A program made the position numbers and the translations under genes. DNA of 64,000 nt from Isurus oxyrinchus (lineage: Eukaryota), in NCBI GenBank assembly GCA_026770705.1, contig JANJGN010000042.1, forward strand, positions 1,426,001 through 1,490,000. Reading direction: 5' to 3'. This document shows positions 50,646 to 63,424 of the stretch, piece by piece. Position 1 is the stretch's first letter. Every line of letters starts with the position of its first letter. The notes under the pieces are model-generated. The model did not search any database. It was not told where the DNA came from and worked only from the letters and a program-made list of their open reading frames with translations.

Positions 50646-50819
50646 AGAAGCTGCTCTCACACTGTTATTACGTGTATGAAATCATGCAATGGTAACAGCG
50701 GAGAAAAAATTCTTTCTGCCCGTCTTGTCACTCCCATTACCTGATCTTTTCCCCAAAACCATGCAATTTATCATGTTTCTCCTCGTTCTTCCGACAAAAC
50801 TGGGAAAGAAAGAGTGAGA

Positions 50820-52158
50820 ATGATCCAACCCGGCCACTTACCACCCCATCAGCCTACTCTGCATCATCAGTAATGTAATGGAAGGGGTCATCAACAGCGC
50901 TATCAAGCAGCACTGACTTAGCAATAACCTGCTCACTGATACCCAGCTTGGGTTCCACAAGGACCACTCAGCTCCTGATCTCATTGCAGCGTTGGCTCAA
51001 ATATAAACAAAAGAGCTGAACTCCCAAGATGAGGTGAGATCAGCATTTGACCGAGTGTGGCATCAAGGTGCCCGTGCACAACTGGAGTCAATGGGAATCA
51101 GGGGGAAACTCTCAGCTTGTTGAAGTCATACAGAGCACAAAGGAAGATGGTTGTGGTTGTTGGAGGTCAGTCATCTTATCTCCAGGACATCACTGCAGGA
51201 GTTCCTTAGGGTAGTGTCCTCAGCCCAACCATCTTCAGCAATAAACTTCCATCCATCATAAGGTCAGAAGTGGCGAAGTTAGCTGATGATTGCACAATGT
51301 TCAGCACCATACCCGACTCCTCAGATACTGAAGCAGTCCATGTCCAAATGCAGTAAGACCTGGACAATATCCAGGCTTGAGCTGACAAATGGCAAGTAAC
51401 ATTCGCACCCCACAAGTGTCAGGCAATGGCCATCTCCAACACGAGAGAATCCAACCATTGCCTCTTGATGTTCAATGGCATTACCATCACTGAATCCCTC
51501 ACTATCAACATCCTGGGGGTTCTCATTCACCAGGAACTGGACTGGAATAGCCATATAAACACTGTGGCTGCAAGAGCAGGTCAGAGGTTAGGAATCGTGC
51601 AACATGTAACTCACCTCCTGACTCCCCAAAGCCTGTCTACCATCTACAAGGCACAAGTTGGGAGTGTAATAGAATACTCCACACTTGTTTGGATGAGTGC
51701 AGCCCCCGCAACACTGAAGAAGCTGGACACCGTCCAGGGCCAAAGCTGTCCACTTGACTGGCACCACATCCACATTCACTCCCTTCACCACCGATGCATA
51801 GTAGCAGCAGTGTGTACCATCTACAAGATGTATTGGAGGTATTCACCAAGGCTGCTTAGACAGTAGCGTCCAAACCCACGACCATTGCCAGCTAGAAGGA
51901 CAAGGGCAGCAGATAGAGAGGAACACCATCACCTTCAATTAACTCACTATCCTGACTTGGAAATATATCACCGTTCCTTCACTGTCAGTGGGTCAAAATC
52001 CTGGAACTCCCTTCCTAACAGCACTATGGGCATACCTACACATCATGGACTGCAGTGGTTCAAGAAGGTAAACCACCTTCACAAGGGCAATTAAGGATGG
52101 GCAATAAATGCTGGCCCAGACAGCAAAGTCCACATCATGTGAATGAATAAAAAAAAAA
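50820..52158 (+). mobile_element. 5'-truncated LINE RT fragment with A-tail
   Basis: RT remnants (gttccttagggtagtgtcctc, ADD motif, ILGV..WNSHI..IYKAQV); ends gaataaaaaaaaaa. Confidence 0.85.
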
Positions 52159-53781
52159 TCCAGGTTTACTTGCAAATTATATTGCCTTGAACTTCTAACC
52201 AACGTAAAGCACTGCAAATGTCAGTGCCTGGAGCAAGGCTGACGTAATTGCTCATGTGAGGGACCACCTGAAGCTTTCAATATTGGTTTTCTTCACACCG
52301 ATTTCCAAATGGGAATTGTTCAATGGCTTGAAAGTGAAAAAAAAATGTTAAGGAGAAAGAGAAGGAAATTGTCATTAATTATAAAGCTCTTTGTACAAAA
52401 CTGACATAGACACGATGGATGTAAGGGCCTCTTACTGCGCTGTGCCATTTGATGAGGACATTGTTGATCAGTCTGTCTCCAGCATTCCTAATGAGAACAG
52501 CCGAATTCCATTTCTTCAAAACAAAGACCCAAAGTGCTGCTGCATGACGTCACTGCTTAACATTCCAGACAGCTCCATTGGGATCTTTACAGCGCAGGGT
52601 TTATAGAGGCGAGTGGGGTCATATCCGCTTCACAGATGATGGAGCTGCTGTTTGATACCTGGCAAGAGCATTATCCAAGATTGTTTATTTGAGTGAGTGA
52701 AAGTTCGATAATTTACGTTTGTTGTAAATATGAACACGACGGTTGGAATCCTGCTGACAGAAGTTTTCACCATTTTTGATTTAAACCAAATTAATATTCA
52801 GTTAATTAGAAGGAAACATATCCAAATACGTCCGTATTTTCTGATTTCCATTCATTTGTCAGCATTCAGGGAATTTGCTTTCGGAAATGGAACAAACACT
52901 GAGCCAAGTTGGCGAAATCCTTGCTTTCTGGTCCTGTGTCTCTCCTTAGGCCTCTGTCACTCTCGGTGTATATATCTCTCTGTCTGTTCCTCTGTGACTG
53001 TCAATGTGGTTCAGTTCCCTGAGGGGGTGAAAACATTTTTAATGTTGCAAATTTGATTCACATGAGTTGTGCGAATTCATCTTAACATGTCACAGAGAAA
53101 TGTATCAGCGTCAAAGATAAAACAGGAGACTGGCCCTTTCTATATGTATCCTACAACAACAACAACTTATATTTATAAAGCACGTTTAACGTAAGAAACG
53201 TCACAAGGCGTTCCCCAGGAGCATTACATAACAAAGTGTGACACCGAGCCTCATATTCGGTCAGATGACTAAAAGCTCGGGCAAAGGGGGAGTCTTTAAG
53301 AACTGTCTTAAAGGAGGAAAGTATCAATTTCATGTTCCAGCTCACAGCAATGGTTCTTCTCATCGGTGAAGAAGTCACTTGTGTTCAACCTAAACAGACC
53401 AATTGGTCGGAGAAAGTTGTCTCTGGTGAAAGAGAACGGGAATGAAAAAAAATGTCAAAAGCTGCCTCCATAATACAAAAGTCAAGCCTTATTGGTCTTT
53501 TCTCTGATGTACAGTGACTCAGGATTGGGGCTTCCATTGGACCAACAGCGAATAGGGTGGAGGGTTTTAGAAATTGAAAGTTGCACATGTGCAGCTCGTG
53601 GGGCTATTTCACCTCACTGTCAATTTCATGTTCCAGCTCACAGATTCCCTTGTTTTCATTGACTGACGAAGTCATTTGCCTTGAACCGAAACAGGCAGTT
53701 TTAAGGTGAAAGAAACCTGAGCTGAAAAACAATAGGCAAAAGCAGCGTAGATAAGCCAAATCGAAATACTTTGGCCCAACT

Positions 53782-53846
53782 TCCCTGGTGGTCTAGTGGT
53801 CAGGACTCTCACCGCTGCAGCTCGGGTTCGATTCCCGGTGAGGGAA
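53782..53846 (+). pseudogene. tRNA-Glu(CTC) pseudogene with a 7-nt deletion of the 5' anticodon stem
   Basis: TCCCTGGTGGTCTAGTGGTCAGGA[del]CTCTCACCGC..GGGTTCGATTCCCGGTGAGGGAA; A and B boxes intact. Confidence 0.8.
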
Positions 53847-55003
53847 TGTCGAGTTAATGAGTTCTTTGGAACGAGTGCTGATCACTCATTGATTGGAAAC
53901 GTTTAAAAGCTCCACCAGAAGCAGAGGAGTGAGAATTTAAGTTTCACCTCAAGAGCTGGAAAACATCACACTTGGTTCAATGGAGTGAGGGAATGAAGGA
54001 AGAGGAGAGGAGAGAAGGGCTGGTTGCAAAGCACTGACTATAGAAAGGTTGGTGTGAGGCAAAATATGGGTGGGAGAAGAAAGAATTTTGCTGCCTACTG
54101 TTTGCACTGACACAAATATCACTCCTGATGGATCAACCAATCACTACTGTTCTTTGAAAGCAGCATGCCCGGCTTAAAGGCCTCTTTTTCTGCTGCGAAT
54201 TTCTACAATTTTATATTTCGCAACAGCACAGGTCATTCTGCCATTTTATAACCCACTCGAGAGAGATGTACTTTCTTAGCTTGTATTTGGCTCTTTTGAA
54301 ACTGAAACACGGAGCAAATTCAGTGAGTTTTCTTGTCATTTCCAGCACGAGATTTGTCACGAGACTAAATGAGCGACACATTAATGGTACCAATCCTTCA
54401 CTGGAGCTCACCGTGTCCAAAGAGTACTGTTTTCATCAGCCTGTTATGTAACTTCTTGCAGCTCATCTGCTGCACAAATATAAGTTTATCACAGCTCTGC
54501 TTTTTTCACTTTGAAACCCAGTGTGAAAATCAATTTCAAAGCTGAACAACTGGGAGGAGAGTGACTGTGGATAATCGGCACTGTGCACCTTCCTGTAATC
54601 AGTATCTGGGAGAATCGGGAAGATGAGATCCAGGTGTCTCCTTACTCACGAGTTTTACCCATTCCCACGAACAGACTGTGTCTGCATCAAGCAGCTAATT
54701 GACCTGGGGGCTGGACGGTCAGAGGAAGCTGGAGGCGAGGCAGGGACAGAAGCAGAAAGAGATGCGACATGAAATTACTTTCAATTTGAGGTGTCAGTTG
54801 CTTTCAGTGGTGAATTTCTGCCTTGTAAGTTTCACAGGAGCCGTAGTGATTAGTTGGTGTTTTTTTTTTAAGCAGCAAGATTTAAAAGTAAAAAGATAAA
54901 AACAAATAACTGCGAATGATGGAAACCTGAAACAAACAGAAAATTCTGGAAAAACTCATCAGCTGGAGGGAGAAACAAGGTCAATGCTTCCAGTCCAGTC
55001 CAG

Positions 55004-55076
55004 ATTTTTAACCGATGACAGCGTCCATGACCCTGACATTAAGAGTCTCATGATCAACAGTGTGAGCTAGCCAGGC
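55004..55076 (-). pseudogene. tRNA-Lys(CTT) relic
   Basis: GCCTGGCTAGCTCA..CATGAGACTCTTAATGTCAGGGTCATGG. Confidence 0.6.
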
Positions 55077-56055
55077 ATGTGAAAAAGCTGTTTCGTCTCC
55101 TAACATACATCGATAAACCTATTGCTTTCCACCTGATACCTCAGCTTCATCGGAATTTTAAAGTGTGGAACGTAATTGGCTGACAAAAGCCCCAAAGCTG
55201 CAATTCATTCCTCTCAATCATCAATAACATCATTCACATCTTCTCCTTCTTAGCTGCACCTCCTTCCAAATACTGTGATCCATTTTCCTCAGGATTTTCT
55301 CCTGCATTTAATGTTTAGCTGCTTTGTGACCTCATTTTGAAAGCAGATTCACTTCATTATCCAACACAATTTGAATTGCAAACCTGACGGTCAAACAATG
55401 GAAAACAAGTCACTCAGTAACACAAATCCCATGGTGCTCATTTTCAGATTCACAACAGTCAGCTTTTCAATAAAATGAAGGAATTTTACAGTGAAAAGAA
55501 TTAGAAAGTTGGTGTGACTTTTATTTGTGACTCAATCACTCGGGAATTCTGTAAATGCTGCTCGGAGGTTTCGTGACCGGGATATAATCTACCTGTGTTT
55601 TCCTGAGCCTGTGCTCGGTGTATTGGGAGGTTTGGCCCGGGTTGGAGTATCTTGTGTCCCAGGGATGGGCAGTAACCGCTGACTGAAGCTGCAGTCGCTG
55701 CTTTCTGCGGGCAGCAGGTGATTGGAGAGTGCGGGGCCGGAATATTGCTGCTTTGCTGCTTTTACCTGTCTCACTCACTGTGGAAATGAGGAAGAGAGAA
55801 CAATTGAAGGGTTCGTTTGATTCTAATAATTTCTTGGATTTCCAATAGGTTAGATGAAGGTACATAGTAAGTCCAAATCTTTTCTCATTGTATTTGACAG
55901 AAAACGTAATTTTAAAAAGAAGCTGTTTCTGTGGGAGCTCACTGGACAACAAAAGACCTGCCACTGTTTTTGGGGAAGATATCTTGCAGCCCAAGTACCC
56001 AATGACAATCCGGAATCGTGTGACAATGATTGGTGATGAGTGGGAAAAACCTTAA

Positions 56056-56129
56056 CCCCCCTGGGTGGCCTTGAATAACCAACTTTTCAGTTAACAGGCA
56101 AATCTGCTGACCAATAGCGCCACAGACTC
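56056..56129 (-). pseudogene. tRNA-Asn(GTT) pseudogene
   Basis: gtctgtggcgctattggtcag..ctgttaactgaaaagttgg..ccacccagggg; paralogue of 40510. Confidence 0.7.
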
Positions 56130-56819
56130 TTACACAAACCTAACTGACAAGGTATCCCAACCAGGGTGTCAGTGAGTCCAATCTACAGGGTACCACTACA
56201 CAGATGGTTATCGTGCTCTATCAATTTTACTCTTCCAAAATAAAGGGTGAGATATTCATTGTGGATATGTTGAAACAGTCTGATCCCACCCACTGTAGAC
56301 ACATCCATGTCATCAGGATCCAGCTCTCCTACAACTGGAGTGCCTCCCTTCGAGCATTTCGCTGTCTTGTCTGTTACCAAGTATTCTCATTGTCCTAAAG
56401 CCGATATTAGGTTAGAATTCCTGATGTGCAGTAACGAGAATCCTTTCACCGTCTCAGGTCAGTTAATTTCACTGATAACATCAGAGTCACTGTATCAGCA
56501 TCTTAAAGAAGGGAAAGGTGCCTTGACTCTCTCTGGTCAGTCGGGCAGTTCACCCTTCATTCGCATTGGATTCCATTCCTCAAAGGGGATTTTCATTTCT
56601 TTTTTGAGTTCCCTTACCACATCTGGCAACATCTTTGGATTGAGAGGCTTAATTTTCATTTCAGATGCAACACAGTTCTGATGAAAGGTTGCAGACCTGA
56701 AATGAAAACGATGTCTCTCTCTCCTCAGTCACTCCCAGATCTGCTGAGAATTCCAGTATTTTCTCTTTTTATTTCAGATAACCAGCATCTGCAGTATTTA
56801 GCTTTACTTTAACTGATCA

Positions 56820-57195
56820 GTGAAACATACAAGATCCTCAGTCTACTTGACAGGGTGGATTTGGAGAGGATGTTACCTCTTGTGAGAGAATCTAGAGCTC
56901 GGGATCGCTGTTTAAAAATAAGGGATCACCCATTTAAAATGGAGATGAAGCATTTTTTTTTTCAGAGTGCCGTGAAACTTTGAAATTTTGTTCCTGAAAA
57001 TGGTTGTGGAAGCAAAGTCTTTGAATATTTTTAAGGCCATGGTGGACATATTCTTGGTAATCAAGGGGGTGATAGATTATCAGAGATAGGTGGGGTACAG
57101 ATTTCAGGTTACTATGAGGTCAGCCATGATCTTATTAAATGGCAGAGCAGGCTTGAGGGGCCGAATGGCCTACTCCTGCTCCTTTTTCTTATGTA
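56820..57195 (+). mobile_element. CR1 LINE 3' end
   Basis: CR1 3' tail cagccatgatcttatt..gaatggcctactcctgctcc..cttatg. Confidence 0.8.
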
Positions 57196-57779
57196 TTTCT
57201 AAGAATGTGGAACCCATTACCAGTAGGTTTCGAGATCCATGTCTGAGCTGAAAATGTATAGGTAAACTCACACTGTCAACTGATTGTTCACCAGCTAAAA
57301 TTGGAAAGGGATTCACTCTCATCCCCTTACTGACACAGCAACACAGTCTTGCTGGTGGGAGGCCATTCAGGTACTTCACGTGTGCAAAGGGCTTTATTCA
57401 GATTGCCCACATGTTAACACTCCAACTTTAAAATTTCAAAAGATTGGATCCACAATCAGAGCAGAGATACTGGCAAGACATGGTATAAATGTTCCATGTA
57501 AAGGGGAAAAAGTTACCAGCTCAATCCATCTGCTGAGACTCCACTGAGTTAAGATCTAAGTGTCAGGGTTTGTTCTGCATCCAGGAGAGAATTGTGGTGG
57601 AGCCAGGAGCAATTTGGCTGCTGCATCAATTGTTTCAACTATTTTATGTCTTGCCCCTATGGCCCCCATCGTATTCTGATTACAGAGCATAGGTTTCTGT
57701 TCTACAATATGATATTTCAATGGTGGAGTACTCACCCAGCATTCGCTGCAGGGCAGAATGTGTCCCATCATCACGACAG

Positions 57780-58140
57780 CAGCGCCTCACGCATGCGCCC
57801 TTCTGAGTGTGGTGGGGCATGCGCATTGCCGTCTGCTTCATGAGCATGCGCAGCGCTGGTCTGTGACTCAAGCTGCTCAGAGAGCGAGAGAATGTCGAGT
57901 GGAGTAAACTAACAGAGTTAGTGTGTGTGTGAGGAGGAATGGAGCCAGCGGCGTGGGCAGGGAGGCTTCATAAAGACACAGTGCAGGCCGCAGACCCCAA
58001 ATAACAAGGTACCGGTCTTTTGTTTGCAGAGAAATGGCCAAAAAATCTGCCTTTCTCCCTTCGCCAAGCCCTGGGTAACGGCCGCCATCTTTATCAGGGG
58101 CAATGTGCAGCAGGGCGCATGCGCCGTCATCCTGGTCCAG
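57780..58140 (+). promoter_or_regulatory. GC-rich promoter/first-exon region of the ZNF gene with NRF1 and YY1 motifs
   Basis: GCATGCGC at ~57790, 57817, 57844 and 58115; GCCGCCATCTT at 58081; donor-like sites at 58009 and 58141. Confidence 0.65.
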
Positions 58141-58799
58141 GTAGCAGGAGGAGAGAATGTTGTGAATTTCTATCCGGGACTGACAGGGATGGAGTTTGGA
58201 AACTCCTTTTACAGGGGTTAGAAGGGGAGGATTTACACACAGCAAACTCAAAACAAAAGTTCTTCCTTTCTGAATTTCAATCCTGGATTGACTGATGGAT
58301 TTTTTGAATTCCATTTACAGGATGTTAGAAGAGGAGGGGAAACTCAAGGGATACTTGAGGGAGATGAAAAACTAAAAGCAAACATCATGTCAAAATTTGA
58401 AAGTCACTGGATTCACCAGTACCTGAATAACACCAGCCTTCAAATGTAAGCATTGAGTTCCAGGTCTTTTTCAGTTACTGGGTTAAAAAATCTCTGCCTC
58501 ACATTGTGGATCTTACCTAAAATCCTAAATCTCTGTCCCTTAATCCTTTTGTAATCAGCTAATGGGAACAGCTTTTATTTAACTACCTTTCATAATCCTG
58601 TACACCTCTGTCAAATCTCCCCTCAAGCTCCTTTACTCCAAGGAGAACAACCTCGGTTTCTCAAACCTAATCTTATAATTAAAACACCTCATCGAACCAT
58701 TCTGGTCAATCTCCTCTGCCCCCTCTCAAGGACCCTCACATCCTTCATAATATGTGGTGATCACTGGTTTGCACAGACCCAGATGTTCTGTGTTTGTGT

Positions 58800-58900
58800 C
58801 TGTGACATCTTCACACATCGACAATTACACTGTGACATCATCACACATCAACAATTACACTGTGACATCATCACATATTGACAATTACACAATGACATCA
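58800..58900. repeat. 30-bp tandem repeat x3.3 (TGTGACATCATCACACATCGACAATTACAC)
   Basis: Direct reading of the sequence. Confidence 0.9.
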
Positions 58901-59649
58901 CCCTCAACTGAGAGATTTTTCTCTAACTCCAGCGTTTCTGATATCTTTCCAGCTGCAGGATCCAGCAGGAGAATTTAAATTTGAAAATGGTGAAGTTGTT
59001 TCAGAGGTGAGTATTTTTCACCATCCATCTACAATTTAGAGCTTTTAGTGCTGTGCTCTGTATTCTGGAGAGGTTCCATAACTCTGGGGCTGGTGTGGCT
59101 CCTTTACTGTGGATCTGAATCCATGTCCATCCATTGATCTGTTTCACCTCTGCCCTCCCTGATCACCTCACTGCCATTGTCTAACATCCTCTGTCTCTAA
59201 TAATGGATGTATTTGAGTTAAGTTTTGTATTTTATTGTTACTTCTGCCAACTGTGTCTAAATGATGTTTCCACTGCTGCCCATCTCCTGACCATGAGCTG
59301 CTGCCTTACCAGCTTTATCTTCCCACAGTATCTTTCACAGTCAGGAATTGTTTGTCCTGCACTATAGTCCATTTCTCTTCCACTTCTGAAGTTATATTGA
59401 TCATCAAATTCTGCAGCATTTTACTCCCTGTAATTCATTCTGCACACCCTGAAATATTAACTCTGCTTCCCTCTCCACAGATACCAGCGCCTATTGTGAC
59501 CCTTAGTTACCTGTGGAGAAGATGATGTTTGACCTTCTTGAACCGCTGCAGTCCGTGTGGTGAAGGTGCTCCCACAACGCTGTTAAGTAAGGAGTTACAG
59601 GTTATTCACCAGGCGATGATGAAGGAACAGTGATATTTGTCCAAATCAA

Positions 59650-60281
59650 CAACAGCAATTTGTATTTATATCACACTTTTAATGTAAGACCATGTTCCAA
59701 GGCATTTCATGGAAACATTACAAAGCAAGGTTTGACACATGAGGAAATATTAGGGCAGGTGACCAATCGTTTGGTCAAAGAAGTGGGTTTTATGGAGTAT
59801 CTTAAAGGAGGAAAATGGGGTAGAGAATGGGAGAGGTTTAGGGAGTGAATTCCAGAGCTTGGAGCTTTGGAAACTGACAGAATGGGCACTAATGTGGAAC
59901 AATAGAAATCAGGAACACTCAGTAGGCCAAATTAGAGGAGCGCAGATATCTCCGAGGGCTGTGATGCTGGAGGAGATTCCAGCAACAGGGAGCAGCCATA
60001 CAGGAATTTGAAAATCAGGGGTGGAGTCAGACGATGTTACTGAGATGGAAATAGGTGGTCTTGGAGATGATGCGGATATGTGGTTGGAAGCTAATCTTGG
60101 GGTGAAATATTTCACCATGACTGTGAACAGTCTGGTTCAGTCTCAGATAGTTGTCAGGGAGAGGGATGGAGTCGGTGGCTATGGAGTGGAGTTTGTAGCG
60201 GGGATTGAAGACAATGGCTTCAATCTTCCCAATATTGAAATAGAGGAAATTTCTGTTCATCCAGTACTGGATGTCAGACAA
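59650..60281 (-). mobile_element. L2-type LINE 3' fragment
   Basis: ORF 60027-60281 SDIQYWMNRNFL..KIEAIVF..FQPHI, a typical L2 RT C-terminal region. Confidence 0.78.
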
Positions 60282-61001
60282 GTCAGGACGGTGTGTGACT
60301 TGGAGGTGATGGTGTTCACATACACCTGCTACCCTGGTCCTTCTTGGGGGTAGAGTTTGAAGGTTTGGGAGATTCTGTCAAAGTTCTGGTTTATTTGTAG
60401 GTCTATGAAAAGCCCTCTCCTCACCCCCTGCCTCTCCCACTCCTCTCTCTGACTTTCTCTCTCTCTCTCCTTTTCTCCTTCTGTCATGTAGAATTCTCCA
60501 GCCCAGCAGGTTGTGGATGCTCCATTATTGAATATATTTCAGGCTGAGATGGGGAGATTTTTGGTCTCTCAGAGAGTCGAGGGATATGAGGAGTGGGTGG
60601 GAAAGTGGAGTTGAAGTCCAAGAGAAGCCACAATCATATTGGTTGATGGAGCAGGCTCGAAGGGCCATGTGGTCTCCTGCTGCCCCAACACTTGCTTTAT
60701 TATTGACACCAGAGTCTTGTGTAGGCCCAGACCAGGTGGCAGGTTCCCTTCCCTGAAGGACATTAGTGAACCAGTTGGGTTTTTATGACAATCCAGCAGT
60801 TTTCATGGTCACTTTTTCCTCGTGCCAGCCCCACAAATTCCCAGATTCATTCAGCTCAATTTCACAATCTGCCTTTGTGTTTTTGTGGGTTCTCTCTCAC
60901 TCCCTTTTTCTGTTTTAAATCAATTCACAGGGTGTTAGAAGGGGAGGATTTGCAGTCGGGAAGCTCAAACCAAACATCACATCAGGATCTGATGGAGCTG
61001 A

Positions 61002-62433
61002 AAACAAAGAAAACTGCGGATGCTGGAAATCCAAAACAAAAACAGAATTACCTGGAAAAACTCAGCAGGTCTGGCAGCATCGGCGGAGAAGAAAAGAGTT
61101 GACGTTTCGAGTCCTCATGACCCTTCGACAGAACTTGATTTCGAGTCCAAGAAAGAGTTGAAATATAAGCTGGTTTAAGGTGTGTGTGTGGGGGGGGGGG
61201 GGGGAGGAGAGAGAGAGAGAGACAGAGGTGCTTGTGTAGACAAACAAGCAGTGATAGAAGCAGATCATCAAAAGATGTCAGTGACAATGGTGCAAAAGAA
61301 CACATAGGTGTTAAAGTTAAAGTTGGTGATATTATCTAAACGAATGTGCTAATTAAGAATACATGGTCGGGCACTCAAGGTACAGCTCTAGTGGGGGTGG
61401 GGGGAGCATAAAAGATTTTAAAATATTTAAAAATAATGGAGATAGGTGGGAAAAGAAAAATCTATAAAATTTATAGGGAAAAAAAAGGGGAAAAAAAGGG
61501 GAAACAGAAAGGGGGTGGGGATGGGGGAGGGAGCTCACGACCTAAAGTTATTGAATTCAATATTCAGACCGGAAGGCTGTAAGGTGCCTAGTCGGAAGAT
61601 GAGGTGTTGTTCCTCCAGTTTGCGTTGGGCTTCACTGGAACAATGCAGTAAGCCAAGGACAGACATGTGGGCAAGAGAGCAGGGTGGAGTGTTAAAATGG
61701 CAAGCGACAGGGAGGTTTGGGTCATTCTTGCGGACAGACCGCAGGTGTTCTGCAAAGCGGTCGCCCAGTTTACGTTTGGTCTCTCCAATGTAGAGGAGAC
61801 CACATTGGGAGCAACGAATGCAGTAGACTAAGTTGGGGGAAATGCAAGTGAAATGCTGCTTCACTTGAAAGGAATGTTTGGGCCCTTGGACGGTGAGGAG
61901 AGAGGAAGTGAAGGGGCAGGTGTTACATCTTTTGCGTGGGCATGGGGTGGTGCCATAGGAGGGGGTTGAGGAGTAGGGGGTGATGGAGGAGTGGACCAGG
62001 GTGTCCCGGAGGGAGCGATCCCTACGGAATGCCGATAAGGGGGGTGAAGGGAAGATGTGTTTGGTGGTGGCATCATGCTGGAGTTGGCGGAAATGGCGGA
62101 GGATGATCCTTTGAATGCGGAGGCTGGTGGGGTGATAAGTGAGGACTAGGGGGACCCTATCATGTTTCTGGGAGGGAGGAGAAGGCGTGAGGGCGGATGC
62201 GCGGGAGATGGGCCGGACACGGTTGAGGGCCGTGTCAACGACCGTGGGTGGAAAACCTCGGTTAAGGAAGAAGGAGGACATGTCAGAGGAACCGTTTTTG
62301 AAAGTAGCATCATCGGAACAGATGCGACGAAGGCGAAGGAACTGGGAGAATGGGATGGAGTCCTTACAGGAAGCGGGGTGTGAGGAGCTGTAGTCGAGGT
62401 CGCTGTGGGAGTCGGTGGGTTTGTAGTGGATAT
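61002..62433 (-). mobile_element. Young 5'-truncated Penelope insertion with 12-bp TSD TGATGGAGCTGA
   Basis: TSD at 60990-61001 and 62434-62445; near-identical to 27061-28435; GIY-YIG ORF. Confidence 0.95.
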
Positions 62434-62483
62434 TGATGGAGCTGACCAATTTATCGTAACCTGAATATCTTTGGATTTTGAAC

Positions 62484-63268
62484 ATGGAAGAAAAAAGCAG
62501 CGTTCACAGTGGGGAGAAACCGCACACGTGTTGTGTGTGTGGACGAGGCTTCAGCCAATCATCTAACCTGTCAAAACATAAATGCAGAGATAACAGGGAG
62601 AAACTGTGGAAATGTGGGAACCATGGTAAGTGATTCAATTAACCGTCTGAACTGGAAACTCCTCGGCACAGTCACACCTGAGACAGACCATTCACCTGCT
62701 CCATGTGTGGGAAAAGGTTCACTTGTTCATCCCATCTGCTGACACACCAGCGGGTTCACACTGGGGAGAAACCATTTACCTGCTCCGTGTGTGGGAAGGG
62801 ATTCACTCAGCCATTCAACTTGCTGAAACATGTGCGACTTCACACTGTGGTGAGACCGATCACCTGCTCCACGTGTGGGAAAGGATTCACTCAGACATCT
62901 GACCTGCTGACACACCAGCGAACTCACACTGGGGAGAGACCATTCAAATGCTCAGACTGTGGGAAGTGCTATAAAAGCTCCGGGGAACTGGTGTCCCATC
63001 GCGTGTTCACACTGACGAGAGACCGTTCAGGTGCTCTCACTGCGGGACTGGGTTCAGATGGTCATCTCAACTCACAGTACACCAGCGGGTTCACAGCGGA
63101 GAGAGACTGTTCACCTGCCCCGCGTGTGGGAAGGGATTCACTCAGTTACACAACCTGTTGACACACCAGCGAGTTCACACTGGAGAGAGACCGTTCACCT
63201 ACTCCGAGTGTGAGAAGGGACTTACTCAGTTATCCCACCTGCTGAGGCACCAGCAAATTCACAAGTGA
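62484..63268 (+). pseudogene. C2H2 (Kruppel-type) zinc-finger pseudogene, ~9 fingers
   Basis: [14 protein letters not shown]..; HTGE(K/R)PF linkers; in-frame stops at 62631, 62640 and 62679; frameshift near 63000; AATAAA at 63345 and 63382. Confidence 0.85.
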
Positions 63269-63424
63269 CAACAGTGATTGCATTTTGCTGTTAATTGCAT
63301 CCTGGACTGAACCATGTTGATTGGGATCTGTTTCTACTAATGTTAATAAACTCCAACCCAGTTATAGCTGTTAATATTCTGAATAAAGTCAAATAAATCA
63401 GCTCTGTGTTAAACATACAAATTA

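Noticed and set aside
58800-58900. 30-bp repeat as a CRISPR-like or RSS array (contains CACTGTG)
   Set aside because: Head-to-tail repeat with no spacers and no nonamers; vertebrate DNA
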